Shown here: one piece after another, positions 18,007-31,343 of the stretch | How the letters are laid out: each line of letters opens with the position of its first letter | Numbering within the stretch: the first letter of the stretch is position 1 | DNA from: Eledone cirrhosa | Taxonomy: Eukaryota | Reading direction: 5' to 3' | DNA: 64,000 nucleotides | Assembly: GCA_964016885.1 (NCBI GenBank) | Contig: OZ024758.1 | Coordinates: 3,472,001-3,536,000, forward strand | Notes under the pieces: generated by a model | What the model was told of the DNA's origin: nothing | The model's database searches: none | What the model saw: only the letters and a program-made list of their open reading frames with translations | Program-made: the position numbers and the translations under genes

Positions 18007-18134
18007 AGTGGTAACACAACAGTTAGTTCACCATACGGAGAACAATTGTTTCACCTTAGCGGATCTTCAGCTGAAGATCCACTAAGGTGAAACAATTGTT
18101 CTCGGTATGGTGAACTAACTGTTGTGTAACCACT
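18007..18134. repeat. 64-bp-arm palindrome with no spacer, centred just before a hammerhead-like core
   Basis: ...GGATCTTCAG|CTGAAGATCC...; the arm reads CUGAAGA-UCCACUAAGGU-GAAA-CAAUUG-UU. Confidence 0.92.
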
Positions 18135-18203
18135 GTTACCTAACTCGTCCCATGGACTGAGTGTTCTACCACTACGGATATTACCTTCCAGTGTTCTACC
18201 TCT

Positions 18204-18285
<82 letters not shown>

Positions 18286-20389
18286 CACACACATGGGGGC
18301 TTCTATGCGTGTATGTTAATAACATGACTACTTATACCATTACCCCGGATTGGTCTCTCGGTTCTTCAAACGTATTTGAAATTATCGACAGAAACCGGTG
18401 TACTTATGTAAGGAATGTTGTCAGATATAACATAGAATGATAAAATATTTAATACTGTAGTGCGCCAAGGAAGTTTCGTATTATTAAATAATGCGCATCG
18501 TTCGTTCACAATGTAATCATTTTCATTTGATTGATGATTAAATGTTCATTATGTATGTAGCCGCAATGTACTGCAAACTTTATAGCGTTGCTGCTAGAAA
18601 TATATTTAAATAAATATTTTGGTGTTTGCTCATGAAATGGTTGTTTTCTTTGTGTTCTAGCTGTATCGATTAGCTTGCCCCAAAACAACATGTGTTTGCT
18701 CACCTCTCACATTTAAACATTTGGATCATATGAATCAGCTAATCACAGAAACAGTGTTAAAAATATTCTGCTCTATTCTGTCATTATGTATTTGGCGAGA
18801 CAATGATTGATTGTATCATGTGTATGTGTTTATGTGTATAAATTGTTTAGTCCTGTTTTGCATTGGGATATTTAGTTGTTGGCATAAAGACTGGCATCGC
18901 AGACATTTGCAGTTATCGAACAGTAGACTAGCTAATAGCGACATACAATGTGTGTACATTCACAGAGGAGAAGTAACACGTCTGAGAAATAATACAACTG
19001 CTACAGAGAATATTAATTTGTCTAGCTGGTATGCAAAGTATAAATGCCACTGACACTCCACTGAAAATTTATCATTTTCATACTGATCATATGCTTCGGT
19101 TTGATGTAATAATCAGTTATAATTATACTTAACGCAATTTAACGTCAGACATCATGCAATGGCGACAGCTGTTCTAACCGTGAACATATTTAAAAGTTTC
19201 TCCGTGTAAACGTTATGTTATTGTTTATACTTAAGACTAGTTTATCTTTAAACAGCAAATTATGTTGATATTCATATAAAATGGAAGCATATAAGTCTGC
19301 ATATGTTTTTCTTCTCCGGTAGAATACGCATTTACATAGGTAGAGAGGTATACCTCAAGTAACAAGAACAGTTCTTTTTTAGATAACTTGTATCTCGTCA
19401 TCACATTTAGTGTGTATTCCAAAATAATAATTTACTAGGATTATCTTCAAATGCATAATGTTGAGTTACATATTTATTATAAAAAATATAATCATTTATT
19501 GTTGAATTTTATATTAATTTTATTAGGGCTAAATAATGAGTCTTAGTACAGGAGTTGTGCGTGTATATTACAGGGTCGTAAATTCCCGAGTTGTGTCAGT
19601 AATCACGACTAAAGAGGCATTCCATACATTGGCAGATTGTAGGCTTTTTTTATTTCATATAACAATGTGTTCTACAGGACTAGTACTGTTTCATTCGTAT
19701 TAAATCATATACATAAGTAGGATTGTTTGCTCTGAAACAGTCAATAAATAGATAACTTCTTAAAAAAATATTGGAAAATTTATATTGACATACAATAATT
19801 TGTGCAGCTACTAATTAATAAAGAAACAGATAATTTGAATACAAGTGATTAGGCTGTACACAGAGCAGTACCGCCTAGGTCAAATCTAGATAAATATGTC
19901 TGATGTGTTTTGACAAAACATATTAAATATTAATAAGTTAATCTTGTGGAAACATTATACAAGTGGTGCTCTCCAATTTCTGCCCGTCTATGTGTGATTA
20001 TGTACACAATTTGGCCGACTAAATCTCCTATTCCAACATCTGCGTGGAGGCAATTAACCCTCATCTAATATTCTTTAGAAATTCATAATTAGATGAACTC
20101 CCCTGAGTATGATTGTTTATTTAGATCTACTTTCCGAGAGATAAGCCTTAAAATGAAGGGAACATTTACAAGCTCCCTTAGATGTTGGGTGTCGCAGGCA
20201 TCTGACATACGGTAAGTAAAGGTTCTAGCCCACCTCTGATACTGTCCCGTGTTCGTACCTTCCTAGGGTCATATGTGTGTGTGACGGCTCACACCTATGC
20301 AGGTTTAGCTGGCCTCCTCCAAGATATATCTCGTTGGAGGTGTCTTGGGCAATTTAATGATAGGGACCCCAGTCCTATCATCTCCTTTC

Positions 20390-20525
20390 TACAGCTGAGT
20401 AAACTGGAGCAACGTGAAATAAAGTGTTTTGCTCAAGGAAACAACACATCCCCCGGTCCGAGAATTGAACTCACAACCCTTCGATTGCAAGACCAACGCT
20501 CTAACCACTAAGCCTTGCGCCTTCA
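20390..20525 (-). mobile_element. tRNA-derived SINE family B
   Basis: Reverse strand: GGCTTAGTGGTTAG A-box, GAGTTCAATTCTC B-box, TCCTTGAGCAAAACACTTTATTTCACGTTGCTCCAG body; may extend left to about 20170. Confidence 0.8.
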
Positions 20526-20789
20526 ACTTGTTCAACTATTTACCTTAATAAAATACGTCCGTTAATGCAGTTAGCTAACTTATATCCGTAATACGTTATC
20601 TGCACAACATCTCTTAAAACATCCATTTAAAATACATAGGAGGAAATAATTGAGGTGTGAATCCACAGAAACAGAGTTTACATGCATAACATATGTGAAG
20701 CTAATTTGTTCTAAAAAAAAGGTTTTCTTTTTTCATTATGAAAAACATTTCTTTTTAATATGTTAGTATTTTATTAGATAAGTATGTTG

Positions 20790-20820
<31 letters not shown>

Positions 20821-20909
20821 CGTAAAGAAGACATAACTACCCTAAATAAATATACACATACTACAAGCACCCATACACACACACACGCGCGCACACATAC
20901 ATACACACA

Positions 20910-20943
<34 letters not shown>

Positions 20944-21962
20944 ACTGAAGCATGTAGTTAGGCAGAGAGATGGATGTGAAGAGAAGTCTAGAAATATAGA
21001 TAATAAATTGAGGATTGGTGGTTGTTTTACATGAAAAGATATATAACTAGATAAGGGAACATCGTTTAAGTAACAGTGAATCTATGTAACTAAATGACTT
21101 ATAGGTGCACTGAAGGAGCAGATACCTGACTTGATGATTGTGGAGATAAAAGTATTCAGAATTCAAGCCAGGTTCAATATTGAGAGATATTTTTCTATTA
21201 AAGAACATAGATTGACCTACAGATATATTGTAAAATATGCTTGCTATGCAAATGAAGGAATTTGAACATGATGGTAATTTGCAGAAATGTAAATGAAATC
21301 AAACTGTTTTAGTGGCCTGTATGTAAAGAAATGGCTATTTTAGTAAACTATATTTTTCTATTGCAGCACACAAATATTGAAGATAAGAATCAAAATACAT
21401 ATTGAGGCATATTTTGTATTTGGGAGTTTTTACCTGTTAACTTTGTAATTATAATATTTTATTTTAAATAAATTATATGTAATTTTGAAAAAAATGATAA
21501 CTATCAATAGCAATTGCAAGTTTGCAGATGAGCGAAAGAGTAAAGCATTCAAATGACTGTTTGACCAGCAAGAAATACCTGATAAAATCCATTAAAATTA
21601 AATCTTGAACAAGGAAGCAAAAATAGGATAATGTAGTCTTAGATCTATGTTCAACACAAGCCTTATGATGGCAGATTTTTATCGATTAAACCGATTGCTC
21701 AGCATCTTAAGTGCATACAGCATGTTCGTTTAAATAAGATAAACAGAGAATCTACAACGGCAATCCATCAAGTTTTATTACGCTACTTTTGATAAGGCAG
21801 TTTGAATATCCATACCAGGCTTATAAATATATTACAGGGTAATGCATTCAATTATCTAATAATGATGTGTATCATGGAAACTAATCCAGCCAGTATTTAA
21901 TCTTTAAGTACATATATACACATACATACATATTTTTGTTTACCTTTTACACACACACACAT

Positions 21963-22030
<68 letters not shown>

Positions 22031-22490
22031 GGAGACAAAATAGCTTATAAATTATGTTGTAGTCCCCTTAAGTGATGAAGGAAGAACTTCACATTAGCCG
22101 CTATGATCAACGGAAAGCTATATTACCCAAATACAGGCATAACTGGTTTCAATGACGACCCCGACAATAAACTGACAAAAATATTGAATCAACTGTGATA
22201 GAATGGACACGTGTTTCATTTCTGGTTGGCCGGAGTCGTATTCCCTCTTACTCTCTATTTTCAATTCTAGAAAATGCTATTTTTCTTGTAAGCTTCCACA
22301 ATGTATATTGGACGGTAAATATTATAAACATGATTATAAGCATGATCGTACCTTGAAGTTCTTTAAAGGTAATTATATTCCATTATAAACTCCCTTCATA
22401 CAACGATTAATAGTCCTAACTAGTGTGGAGTCGGGTGTGTTTTTCCTGCTCAGAATCTGCCATTGTTTGAGGATGGTTGTTACCATCAGT

Positions 22491-22721
22491 AATAATTGTT
22501 TCTACTTTTGGCATAAGGCTACCAATTAACCAGTGCATTACTGGTATTCATTTTATCGACACCGTATGGATTAAAGGTAAAGTTAACCTCGGTGAGATTG
22601 GAACTCAGAGTATAAAGGGCCGTAACTCTTTTTTGCAAAGCATGGCGTCCGACCCCACGTAAAGGGCATGTTCTAAAGCATGGTGTCTGAGGCTCTACCG
22701 ATAGTGCCAATTCACCATCCC
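22491..22721 (-). mobile_element. SINE family A with internal partial head duplication
   Basis: Family consensus match; the AAGGGC..AAAGCATGG segment occurs twice. Confidence 0.85.
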
Positions 22722-23315
22722 GAATTAGGCACAAGGCCAAAAATGAAAGATCAAAAAGGAAAATAAAAATAATTTAAGATATCGAGCACCGTTTTCATAA
22801 TTTGTTTCGATCGATGACAGACGGGAGGTAACTCCTGATATTGATGAGGTCTTGATCTGATAGAACAAAGTGACTGTGCGAGGGAATAAATATTGCAATT
22901 TGAGACATACACGTTTGATGAGTTGATCAATACTGGTGTCAGATCTATAATATCGATATAGACAAAGGACCAATCACCTGTGAAATAAATATAGTGTTCG
23001 ATATCCAATTAAAACATGTTAATATGAATCTTCGTTATCTCATAAATGTATATACACACACATGCACCCACACATATATGTACATATGTATGCATATATA
23101 TATATATATATAATGTAAATGTGTATACATATAAGTATATATATAATGTGTGTGGGGGGGGGGGTGCACACGTGTGTGTGTTTCTATGTATGTGTTGAAA
23201 TAGATATCTGAAAATATGTAAAGTTTATGTCCACCAAATATTGGTTTCAAGATATCGGCCATGAATCATTTAATTATCTTGAATATTTAGCTACTTGGAT
23301 GACCACAAAAGTATA

Positions 23316-23490
23316 CAGACCTGTCAACTCTCCTACCCAGTTTGTGGTGGGTGAGATATGTCTTCTGTTATGAAAATGGGTATAGCTCCAATTATGTGAA
23401 ATGTCTCCGAATGTGTCCCATTTTTCCCTGTTTTGTGGATTGTTCCTCATTGTAGTTATAGTTTGCCTTTTTTACAGGTTGGCAAGTCTG
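23316..23490. mobile_element. MITE, hAT-like terminal inverted repeats
   Basis: CAGACCTGTCAAC ... GTTGGCAAGTCTG; no clean 8-bp TSD. Confidence 0.5.
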
Positions 23491-24005
23491 TAGTATTTGT
23501 CATTATGATGACACCTGCCGCCATCGACGTAATCAATTTAGATATATATTTGTATAGTATCTAATTTGAATCGAAGAATGTGCTTATTTCTTTATTATAT
23601 AATTCAGATAAAATTGTAACCCTTTCAAAAAGGAGCATCTTTGAAAGCCATGTTCATTTATAGTTCTTGACAACTAACATGTCACAAATGTCACAAATGT
23701 CACAAAAACAAAAAAATATTTCACCGAATAAACTATCTAATTTTTACAATTATGAGAACTCCATACTCTGAAGTATTTCTAGCATTGTTAATGTTCAAGT
23801 TTATTGGTGTTTTGTAAATTTATTTGACCTCCTGCTTAACATCATATTTTAAAATTCATCCATATTTCGCTAAAAGCAATTGAATTTTCCCTTGATGTGT
23901 GTACAACATTTAACATAAACTATAGAGCTATATATGACTATCTAGATATCTGTACAAAATCATACCTTCAATATACAATTCTTTACAAAATTCATGGGTG
24001 GTGTG

Positions 24006-24148
24006 ATGGGGTAATGGTAACACATTGGTCTGACAAATCAAAGATGTGGGTTCGTGTCACATGTACGTCAATACTCATATTTTATTTCCAATCAGGGTTT
24101 TTTTTTAAATCCCAACTAACAGACTAATTTTATTTAGTCAAATATGGT
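24006..24148 (+). mobile_element. tRNA-derived SINE family C
   Basis: GGGGTAATGGTAAC..GGGTTCGTGTC head plus TTTAAATCCCAACTAAC tail shared with 26358-26490(-). Confidence 0.65.
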
Positions 24149-26011
24149 ATAAGCACTTGTTACTACCTGATACTATTGATGTTATGAAGAATGGCTTTAT
24201 GATTAAATCCAGCGGAACGGTGGAAGATGTATCTATAATGAAAGTTCTACTAGTCCATGTGGATCTTAAACAAGAAAACTTTTATTCCGAATCCTCGGGA
24301 CAATCCCATCAATGCAGATGATGTATGATAAAATACTGAATCGCAATATAAAAATTAGGAAATAATAGACATATCGTATTTGCTCAAACAATTTTATGAC
24401 TTTACGCTACAATCTCCCAGTAACATCTATATATCGATAGTAAATCAAATCTCTATTCATTCTATTGTTAATGATATTAATTTTATGAATACCAAATAAT
24501 GTAAATTTAGGTTTCTACATAAGAAGAGTAAGCGTATGCCATGTTGAACTTTCTCTTTTATAGGTGATATACATTTATCAAATTGCACCACAATGTTTTC
24601 GGGAGTGTGGAAACATTTTAACAGCTTGAGTATCCATAAGATTTCGTAGGGTTGCCATGATTTACACCATATAGCAGGTGATACAAGTGGGAAATTCTGA
24701 ATTAAAGCATTATTAGTGAATACATAAATTTTCAAATATACAATTTCTGTGCATGAGTGTGCATGAATAATTAATATCTATCAAGGTAAATAGTCATTGG
24801 AATTAATTAATAAAATTACCATTTGGATCATAAACTTATATGATTGTGAATTATATTCGTGGAGAACATGACATGTGTCCCTGTTTACTGTAAATCAGCA
24901 AAGGGTATGAAACTAGGGAAATTATTTCAGAATAATTTAAACATCAGAATAAAGAATATCGAGAATAACGAAAATGTTAAATTTTTTAGATATTCTGCCA
25001 CACGTAGTTTGGTAAAACGTTAATATCAGTAATATGTATATATGTATATACATGAAATGCAGCATGTGTGAGTAGAAAAAAAATGTATATTTATACAAAA
25101 AAGGTAGTTCAAAAATAAAAACCAATCTATCATTAAATGCAGAAAAACCAAACTTTGGGTGGTTTTCTGTTAACATGCATAGTGTGCATATTAATATTAT
25201 ACGATACGCAAGTATACATGCATGTAGATATGATACATAAAATCAAATCGTAATTGACAATATACACAGAAATTGAACGAAGTATGCGTTACAATCTCTT
25301 ATGTAATCAGTAACGTAATCCATGATACATTAAAAAAAGACGATATAATATATAAACTGCATTAGGAGAAAATTAGTGAGGGAAATATATGAATGTTTAT
25401 TTAAGCGATCGGTAACCGGAAGTGTTGACATTTGAAAATCTTAAAGATGTGAATCTTTAAATAAGCAATAAAATATATCTAATCAAGAGTTACAAAATTT
25501 AGTAGTTTATTCAAAGTAATCCAACTTATTTCACTAACTGGATTAAAAGAAATAAATCGCACGCAGTCCCGCACTCCTTACATTATTATAGTTTAGATTA
25601 TCTAACAGGAACCTCAATGACCATACCTACTACTAAACGTTTGAGTATATTATCTTCATAGAACGTGTTTCATAACCGCGGCAATATGAGAACCAGCCAT
25701 CGGCTGTAATAAAAGATTTAATGAGCTATGTTGGTAGTAGAAAACTAGAAAATATATGAATATTTTCGATTTAATAAGTTAGACAAAATACACATTCGAC
25801 ATAAAATGGTAGGAATGAATCGTGCAGAGATATTGGAATAACAACAGATAAATACCAAAAACTGGTCAATAAGTCTGGAGAACATTAGCTCTTGAAGAAA
25901 TATCTTATAATTGTAATATATAAATGTTGAACTATTGATATGCAAATGGTTATTTGTTATCCCTAACTGCACTCGATATAACCGGACGTCAAAAACGCAA
26001 TTCCATTCGAT

Positions 26012-26040
<29 letters not shown>

Positions 26041-26045
<5 letters not shown>

Positions 26046-26232
26046 AGGGTGTGGTAACGTTCCAGGTGGACCACAATGCACCGGATTACTCAATACTTAT
26101 GGTAGTAGAGAGGCTAATGGGAAAAGAGGCAGGACCCCGACGGCAGAGTTCCGGAAATTTCGACAGCTAGATTAAAACTGCGGCTCTAGCTGTCAAAACG
26201 GCCTGAGCTCAACCGTTGGGGTCATGACTCTT
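26041..26232 (-). mobile_element. TA-embedded PLE-like tail family D with 39-bp fold-back
   Basis: Shares GGACCA..GCACC..TACTCAATACTT..GGTAGTAGAG with 48553, 52181, 59421 and 60291; hairpin at 26152-26223 region. Confidence 0.7.
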
Positions 26233-26265
26233 TTCGTATAAAAATATATATATATGTACGTATGC

Positions 26266-26304
<39 letters not shown>

Positions 26305-26357
26305 TTTGTTTACAAACAGGTAGCGAATTTGAAAATTAGGTAGTAACATGTGCGCAT

Positions 26358-26490
26358 GGCGTATTTTACTAAGTAACATTAGTTTGTTAGTTGGGATTTA
26401 AAAAACAATCTAAATGGAAAAAAAGTATGAGCATTGACGTACCTGGGACACGAACCCACATCTTTGGTTCGCAGGACCAATGGGTTACCC
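26358..26490 (-). mobile_element. tRNA-derived SINE family C
   Basis: Reverse complement matches 24015-24148. Confidence 0.65.
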
Positions 26491-26860
26491 TATATATATA
26501 TATATATATATATACACACAGAGATATCCGGTAAGTTGTGGGGTCCAATCTGCATGAAGAACTCAATGTAATCGTTTTATTTCATTGTTTTAACTTATAT
26601 ATATATATATAATGCTGAAACCGGTACTATTATTAAATGCGGTAATATCCTCTTCATAAATAAATAAATGTTTTGATATTACACTGAAAGAATCTCTCCA
26701 TCATTTTCTACTGAAAACATTTTTCTTTTCTACAATATGATTATATATATATATATATATATGTTTATAGCGAGAGTGAGTGTGTGAGTGCATATGTACG
26801 TATGAGAGTGTGGTGTGTATCGTCTCTGTTTGTGACTTTGTCTATATATTTGTCATTATT

Positions 26861-27082
26861 CAGTATCGGTAGAGGGTCGGACGCCATGCTTTGGCGCATA
26901 GAGTTATGACCCTTGCCATTCTGAGCTCAAATCCCGCCGTGGTTAACTTTGCCTTTCATCCTTACGGGGTCGATATAATAAAGTACCAGTAATAAATTAT
27001 ACCAGTAATACAATATATAAATAATTGTTTCTACTTTTGGCACAATCTTGTGCCAAAAGTAGAAACAATTATTTATATATTG
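26861..27082 (+). mobile_element. SINE family A whose tail forms a 35-bp-arm palindrome (27011-27082)
   Basis: CAATATATAAATAATTGTTTCTACTTTTGGCACAA-tc-TTGTGCCAAAAGTAGAAACAATTATTTATATATTG. Confidence 0.88.
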
Positions 27083-27752
27083 AAATTGTTTTATCTAGGA
27101 ATATATTTGTTTATATTAAATTGTGTATATGAATAAATCACAAGATAGATCAAGAAGAACGATAACTATTCTCTTTGTCTTCTTTGACCGTTCAATATAT
27201 GTTTACATTTGGTTTAAACATATAGATATATTCTTTATATCACTTTATATCATCAATCAGCTATATATACATCAGTCAAACATAGAGATTTACGTGGGAT
27301 TTACTTCCAATTTAAGTACGAACTAAAGACAATTACATATTCTAACAACACAGTAAACATGAAAAGAAAAGCGACATTGTCCGGATTTCTACGAAATGAG
27401 ATGTAACCTAATTATGTATTATTATTGCCAAAAGGCAGCCGTTATGCAGAATCTTGAAATACTAGAATTACCAGACAAACCAAATTAAATTTTACAAATA
27501 ACCGTCTTGTAAAAGAACAGGACATTAGATAATATATTCCTGAATAAACAATATCTGTTAGAATGTTGACGTTGGTCACAACTTCATAATTTGTAACAAA
27601 CAACAGTGATTAATAATAAGGGAAGTGACAGGAGAATCTGGAGCAATACCAAGATGTTTAACACACCACTGCTGAGATTCAGTTGACATGTGTCTTAATG
27701 TTAAGATATACAGAATATTATCTCTCTCTTTCTCTCTCTCTCTTTCTATCTA

Positions 27753-27783
<31 letters not shown>

Positions 27784-28000
27784 GTATATATCTGAGTTAA
27801 GACTCTATTGATTTTTTTTTTCCCCTGGATTTCACAAAATTCTGTGCATAAATCTATGTCCTGAATTTTTTTTTTTTAATTGAGTTTGAATTATTTTCCC
27901 ACATCTTACGTTAACTATAGTTCCATTTTGACGTTATAGTCACTTATATATTATGAAATACTGTTGGCTTCATGCTCACAATAATTTCTATACTTTCATT

Positions 28001-28039
<39 letters not shown>

Positions 28040-28186
28040 CCAAGGAGTGTAACGCGGAGTTACTGAAGTTCTCCCAGGTGAGCACTCGATGTTTAGGTTC
28101 ACATCGGTATCGAGGTGTAGAGCTAGACAAAATGCAATATAATAAAACAAGGACGAATGGTTACTCCTTCATTACGATTATTGGTT

Positions 28187-28261
28187 GGTGACGCGCGCTT
28201 CGCCATTGATCAGCTCGCGGTTCGATCTAGACCGACTCTGTAATCAATGGTTCGTCGGACC
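28187..28261 (-). ncRNA. degenerate hammerhead with extended stem II in a TA-embedded PLE-like island (28039-28302)
   Basis: Reverse strand: GGU-CCGACGA-ACCAUUGAUUA...UGAUCAAUGGC-GAAG-CGCGCG-UC-ACC; two core substitutions, while the sister copy at 10547 keeps GAAA. Confidence 0.55.
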
Positions 28262-28301
28262 TCTGTGGTAGTAATGACCATTGTAAAATAAATCCATCAC
28301 C

Positions 28302-28338
<37 letters not shown>

Positions 28339-28428
28339 CGTAGACCAACACTTGAAAAGGATTGCTTGGGAAACATTTGTAACCATGGTTAAGCAATAAA
28401 TCTCCTATGTAACGTTTCCACTTTGTTG

Positions 28429-28469
<41 letters not shown>

Positions 28470-28511
28470 GCAGAGAACACGTGTATTACTACTACCACTA
28501 CTACTAATAAT

Positions 28512-28765
28512 AATAATGATTGTTTCTACATTTGGCACAGGGCCAGCAATTATCCCAGTACTTTATTTTATCGACCCGATAAGAAGGAAAGGCAAAGTTA
28601 ACCTCGGCGGGATTTGAACTCATATCGTAAAGGGCAGTAACTCTGTTGCAAATCATGGCGTTCGACCCTCTACTGACGCCATGCTTTGCAGTAGTAATAA
28701 TTGTACTGGTACTTTATTTTATCGACCCCGTAAGGATGAAAGGCAAAGTTAACCTTGGCGAATTT
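28512..28765 (-). mobile_element. SINE family A, rearranged double copy
   Basis: Near-full copy, short inverted piece (GACGCCATGCTTTGCA), then a second partial body. Confidence 0.85.
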
Positions 28766-29137
28766 GGTGTGTGTGTATTTGTGTAGAAACATAAACAAAC
28801 ACCCAATGAGTTTAAAGTAACTAACTAATATGAACCAACATAGTTTCATAGATATAACATTAAATCCGACCACAGATATAGTAATGCCTATACACGTATC
28901 ATATCTAACAAGTCTCCGATATAGCTGAAATATTTAATTTCTTACGTAAATAAACAGTTTGCAAATTCCATCTGAAGGTTTTGATAATGTGGCCTAATAT
29001 AATAAGGCATAGAGCAGATTTGGCAATAACATATATGTGCATACCAAGTATAGTAACACAGAGAGAAATGTATGTAATATATGTAAGAACATTATTCTAT
29101 GCTATATGTGTTCTATATTAAATGTGTTCCCTGAGTC

Positions 29138-29454
29138 GGTGGTCTGAAAGTCTTGTCATCCCCTACCAAAAAATAATGAGAAACAGTTTATGTTCCCATC
29201 GCAGTATCGTCCTCTTCGGACGAGCGCTGGTTTGCCGAATATTGCAGTAATGTCGTGTCGCACATCCTCCATACTCTTGCCAGAATGCTCACGATCATGT
29301 GTCCATACACTTGCAAGCAGCGTCTCTTCCAAACTGTGGGAGCTCTGAAATAGAAAATTATATTATTATTATTATATATTATAATTAATTATTTCATGTA
29401 TTATTATTTAAAACAATATGTGACAAGGGGTGACATGACTTTCGGACCACCCTG
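29138..29454 (-). mobile_element. internally deleted Tc1/mariner element with HTH-domain transposase fragment
   Basis: TIRs GGTGGTCTGAAAGTCTTGTCATCCCCT / AGGGGTGACATGACTTTCGGACCACCCTG|TA; reverse strand after ttttctatttcag reads SHSLEETLLASVWTHDREHSGKSMEDVRHDITAIFGKPA then, frameshifted, ILRWEHKLF. Confidence 0.75.
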
Positions 29455-31302
29455 TAGTGTAAAATTTCCTAAAGCACAAAATGAAAACTTCAAATTCACA
29501 TAGCTACCATAATCTATTTAACATTAATTTCTGTAAAAAATATTAATAATTTTAGTGAAAATCGCCGTAAATCGAAAACACGACCTTACGATTGTTAACC
29601 AAATAACCTTAACCACAAAGGCATAGCAAACTCATTTATTTATCAACGTTAAAACCATTTAATTCAAGACTGAGGTTTAGCATTTGATTTTAAGATTTAT
29701 TAGGTGCCTGAAAATATCATAATAATTTTGCTATTCTTGCTGTTTAAGTTGCCCTATTATTACAATTGTCGTTGTTTTTTATTTATTAACAGAAGAATTT
29801 TAGGTCAGGTTGTGACCATTGGGAATAGATGATTACTTTAAAAACTGACCAATTCATAAATTTACGTTCTAACTATTTGGTAAATTTGAAACAGTGTAAT
29901 TTGATTAAGCGAGATATTTAAAATTGCTTGCCAAATATTGAATTTAGATGCCTGTTGGCGGTTTACATTATAATATTTATAATAGTATTTTGACAGCATC
30001 ACATTTGCTATTTCATCCGGTTGTACAAAAATAGGAAAACAACTATTAAAAAATAACAATGGAAACATAATTCAATTTATAATAGAAAACTTTGATGTAG
30101 AAACAGTTGAAAATGTAAACATTCGTAACCCATTGCTGACATTAGAATAAGTTATTGTTTCGGTGCGTCCTATCAGAAGCAACCATATCCAATAGATCCG
30201 GCTGAAATTCCCAGCGAAACCTCCCGAACTCATGGATGATATCCACACATCTTGCTCGGAGATCTACTCTTTGATCTCCTGCCGAATTTTCCCCGTTAAA
30301 TCTTTCCAGCAATTCTTTCCTGAGACATTCTAACCCCATGTCAATAATATCGGAGCTCTGATCTCTGAATTTGGAGAAGTAGTTGCTCTATCTGGAGAGA
30401 CTTTCTATGCACACTATCGAGTCGGAGTTGCACGACTGGGGAGAGAGACGAGCCACGTTCTAACATGCTGAATTCCTATAAATATTAGGCTATGGAATCT
30501 ATCGTTGCTAAAGCCAGGTGAAATTGCAAATAGAACTTCATATTCGTTCACACACGAATATGCATGTGCTTACAGAATGTTTGATTATCATGCAGTTAAG
30601 CATTTTAATGATCCTATCCTCTCAATGGTCAAGCTAATTTAGCAGGCATCTCACTAAAGCGTAATCCTTAATCTCTCCAGTGAGTCTTTCGTTTGTTTAC
30701 ATGGTTATTTTAGGATGATGTATCTGTAATTTGGAAACTGTCAAGTGACATCTTAAAAGATTGTTTATTTGTTCAGCCTCTACAACGCTGAATGTTACAG
30801 AGTATATACTTCTAAATAATTATCCTATTTATGAGCATTTTACCAACCAATGTAACAGATTAAATGTATTAGTAAAATTATTTCCAAAAGGTTTTCTAAA
30901 CTAAATCTCAGTCTTCTTTATATAATTATTCAATATAAACACATATCAGCGCTTTTCCCTCGTACTTGTTTCATAAACAATTGGAGAAGGCAGAATCATT
31001 CGATACTTCCTTTTCAAAATATATGTTTATGAAGCGCCTATTTCATTGTGTAAAACTAACTCTATACTATATTTACAAAGGACATAATGCACAGGCGCGC
31101 TTCTTTGTGGTTAGTATGTTGACCGCACACAACAGATGGGGATTAACATTCAGACGGAGCTTTGTCTTATTCGAATGAGTTTCTTTACGCTCAATCATAA
31201 AATGCCCAACAAAACTCGATAAGCACAATGCAGTTGAATCTCGAAGCGTCTGACACACACGCACACGCACACGCACACGCACGCACACACACACACACAC
31301 AC

Positions 31303-31343
<41 letters not shown>

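Noticed and set aside
24006-24070. tRNA gene
   Set aside because: No intact cloverleaf, and it shares a non-tRNA tail with 26358-26490, so it is a SINE head.
30142-30470. GC-richer coding-like stretch
   Set aside because: Possibly an old L1/Tx1 relic, but it has no motif I can identify with confidence.
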